In this document: in pieces, positions 61,151 to 64,000 of the stretch
How the letters are laid out: every line of letters starts with the position of its first letter
Position numbering within the stretch: the first letter of the stretch is position 1
Assembly (NCBI RefSeq): GCF_000143415.4
Contig: NW_003314283.1
Span: forward strand, 1,936,258 to 2,000,257
Length of the DNA: 64,000 nucleotides
From: Selaginella moellendorffii
Taxonomy: Eukaryota > Plantae > Lycopodiophyta
Reading direction: 5' to 3'
The notes under the pieces: generated by a model
The model's input: only the letters and a program-made list of their open reading frames with translations
Databases searched by the model: none
What the model was told of the DNA's origin: nothing
Translations under genes and position numbers: made by a program

Positions 61151-61361
61151 TGTTATGATCTAGCGCAAAAAGACATGCTACGCCACCTCTTGAGGTTCCT
61201 CACCACCCAACCACCCCTAAGCTACCTCAAAAGCTCCACTGCGCCGCCGCTCCACTATGAGCCCTAGGGTAGGTTAAGTCCCCCACCCTATCATGCCTTA
61301 ATATACCCTTGAGCCTCCCTTTGACCGATGTTGACCATGTAGTCAAAGCTGGTGCCTAACA

Positions 61362-64000
61362 ACGGGCTAGATAGAAAGGTGGTACCAAATGCTGGGCAGA
61401 ATGATGCTCCTAGCTACAACCACTCTCACTGGCAAACCGAGTTTTCGAGGAGCCCACTACTGGATTGACGTTTGTATCCTTTGGAGCAAGGTGTTATTCT
61501 GGAGTGCTGGACTGAACTGGGTACCAACCTGGATCCCTAAGTACCTAGTGTCCTCTCCTGGTTTGAGCCACTAGAAGCCGATGTCCTGACCCCAAGATTC
61601 AATGCCTGGCTGCCCCCAATTTATGCCCATTGATTTGTTCCAGTTAATTGCTGCACCAGCCGCGAGGTTGAAAGTCTCCAACGCCTTCTTGGCTGCATCC
61701 AGGTTCTCCTTGGTCGAGAGTAGGAACAAGGCTGTGTCATCTGCGAATGCTCCATCCAAGAGTTCTTGAGTCACTCTTGTGGTTCGTGGAAGTTGCTGTC
61801 TCGCCACCGGTAAGGTAAGTCCTTTGATGCGCCTGCCTTCTACAAGAAACATGCCCAAGGCCTCAACCACAATCAAAAAAAGATAGGGTGCAAGTGGACA
61901 CACTTGGCGTACCAAGCGTCCCAGCTGAAAACTCAGTTCCGTCTCACCGTTGATCGTGACTCTGCTTGCAGCTCCTCTATACAGTAATGAGGTCCTAGCG
62001 ACCATCTCTCTTGGGATGCCGATCGTATGCATATACTCCTCTAGGAACCTCTAGTCCACACAATCGTAGGCCTTCTCGAAGTCCAATAATTACACTACAA
62101 TTTGTTGGTCAAAGGTCTCTACCCATCTCTAAGCCAGCAGGTACGTCCATATATTTTCTGCGATTTGCCACCCTGGAACGAACCATGTTTGCTACTCCCA
62201 GATGATCAAGGGCATAATAGCTTGGAGCTTGAGTGTCATTGCTTTGGCATAGACCTTGTAGGACGTGTTGAGCATGGTGATTGGCCTCCAATTCCTCAAT
62301 TTCTACAAGTCCCCCTTCTTTGGGATAAGCGCAATCTAGCCCTCAAGGATCTCGCTAGGCAAGGCCCCATCATGTTGAGCATCCTGCCATGCTTGCAGTA
62401 GCAACAGGCCTATAGTCTCCTAGTGCTCCTCAAAGAAGATGGGCAAGAGGCCATCAATACCTGGCTGCTTGTCATTGCTGAGCTTCTCAAGTGCTTCCCA
62501 AAGCTCCACTAGTATGAAGTCCATCCTCAGTGAGTCATACCACTCATGAAGGACACGCCAGGGAAGGGACGCAAGCACTTCCACTGCTACCTTCTCTCTT
62601 TCTAGAGTCCACCCCTGGGATGTGTATAATGCTTGGTAGAACTCCTGGGCAAGCCGTTGCATTCCCGATTGATCCTCGATGACCCTCCCATCGCTGTGTT
62701 TCAGTCCTAGGATGGGAGGAAAGTCAGTCACTGGCCTGATTCCGTTAAAAAAAGCCTTGTTGAGAAGGCATTCATTTAAGGCCCATCCATCTTCCATGGC
62801 CTAGAGACCCATGGTCCATGCTACGTACTCCAGGTCACATAGCTCAGCTTCCCATTCATCTAATACTGCTTGCCACTTGTGCTCATTTTGCATGTTCAGC
62901 AACATCCTACGTGCTGCTGCCACCTTCTGCCTGGCTAGTCTTAGGTCCTTCGTCGCCGCTCCTTTGAGGTCCTTTTGGCATGCTCGGAGCTTCTAGGAGC
63001 AAGACAGGAGCACCAAGAAGAAGATTAGCCCCATCTTGTCCTGTGCAAGAGTGTCATGTATAAGCCCGATTGCCACCGGGTCTTGCATCATTGCTCTTGC
63101 GATTGATCATTGGACTGTTGTCCCTTTGTCCCTTTGAAGCTTGATCACACAACGGAGGGGGTCATGATCTGAGAAAGAGGTGAAACCGAGCCATGTTTTG
63201 AGGCTTCCCCCATCCTGCTGTATGCAAGGTGAGGCGTAAATCCAGTCCAGTCTCGACTAGGAGGTCACTGTCTGCCACCTTGTAAAATGGTGAGCATGAG
63301 GTGTGAATCCCACAGCATGTTGGAGGTCCATGATCCTCAGTACATCCACGAGCTGACTCTACTGCTCCCGCTCATGTAGCTGAATTGTTTCCTGCATTCC
63401 CCTACTATCACAGATGTCCTTGACCATGTTTAAGTCTCCTAGGACCAGCCATTCATCTACTTGCCCCTGGGCAGACTGCAACATGCTCAGCTAGCTGAGC
63501 CTTTCCCAGAACTAGGACAAGGTGGTTTTGTACCTAAGAAGACCATTTGGTTGAGACCACCACTGCTATGCCACCTCTTGATCTGGCCACCACTTGCACG
63601 GCCGGGTTCCACCAGAGCCATCCCCTCATGCCAAAGGTGTAGTTTGGGGCCTCGGTCATTTTGTGCTCTTGCAGACACAAGATGTTGAGACCTCCTTCCA
63701 AGCTGATCTCACGGATGTGGGACTTGAGCTGCACCCTTTTGTTGAGTCGACTGCTGGTCCAGCTGAGTCCTCGACAGTTCCAAGTGACGATCATGAGTGT
63801 TGTCATGGAGCCATGTACTTCCAGGAAAGTGAGGTGTTGTAGGATCTGCCCTCCACTCTGTAGAGATGGTCCACACCGCAGTCATCTTCCCCCTGTGCTT
63901 TGTCCAGAAGAAGCCTCAGATACTGTATTTTGCAAAGCTGGTCCACTCAGTGATGGCACTCTCCATGTGTGTCTGGTAGTCACCAATGGTGATGACCTCT
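61362..64000 (-). mobile_element. L1-type LINE, degenerate ORF2 (APE endonuclease + RT)
   Basis: IVTWNCRGL...LCLQEH (63806), GDLN, SDHD, KQPGIDGL, WRPITM, LDFEKAYD, VRQVCPLAPYLF and FADD; cut by the D LTR at 61361. Confidence 0.9.

Larger units (their letters stand above)
58033..61361 (-). mobile_element. Short-LTR Ty3/gypsy (chromovirus-like, family D), 3'-truncated
   Basis: 5' LTR 61151-61361, Met-like PBS TGGTATTAGAG, then gag-CCHC, PR, RT, RH and INT with stops. Confidence 0.9.

Overview
Eukaryotic land-plant DNA, probably a non-angiosperm (inferred from element types only), made almost entirely of nested retroelements around a small duplicated gene module. I distinguish four LTR families, labelled by me. 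A: a degenerate Tat-like Ty3/gypsy element (1171-10864, order PR-aRH-RT-RH-INT, tRNA-Trp PBS) whose two LTRs are in inverted orientation. B: a non-coding LARD-like family (intact copy 22855-30603 with TSD ATGGG; solo LTR 20948-22277 with TSD AAATG; truncated copies) carrying a conserved hairpin array with tRNA T-arm/B-box motifs. C: a second non-autonomous family (intact 44898-52183, TSD ACTTG). D: a short-LTR (~210 bp) chromovirus-like gypsy (58033-61361 plus fragments) inserted in an L1-type LINE (61362-64000). The dominant structure is an interrupted palindrome: ~10755-21208 is mirrored by ~32913-53532. It duplicates a frameshifted LRR receptor-like protein gene and an intact TMEM45/DUF716 gene, and a third TMEM45 copy is fused in frame to LTR sequence. 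One insertion site is present as empty, full-length and recombinant solo-LTR versions, and several junctions carry templated or fold-back filler. All comparisons were made by eye, and assembly artefacts cannot be excluded (N gap at 24039-24281).
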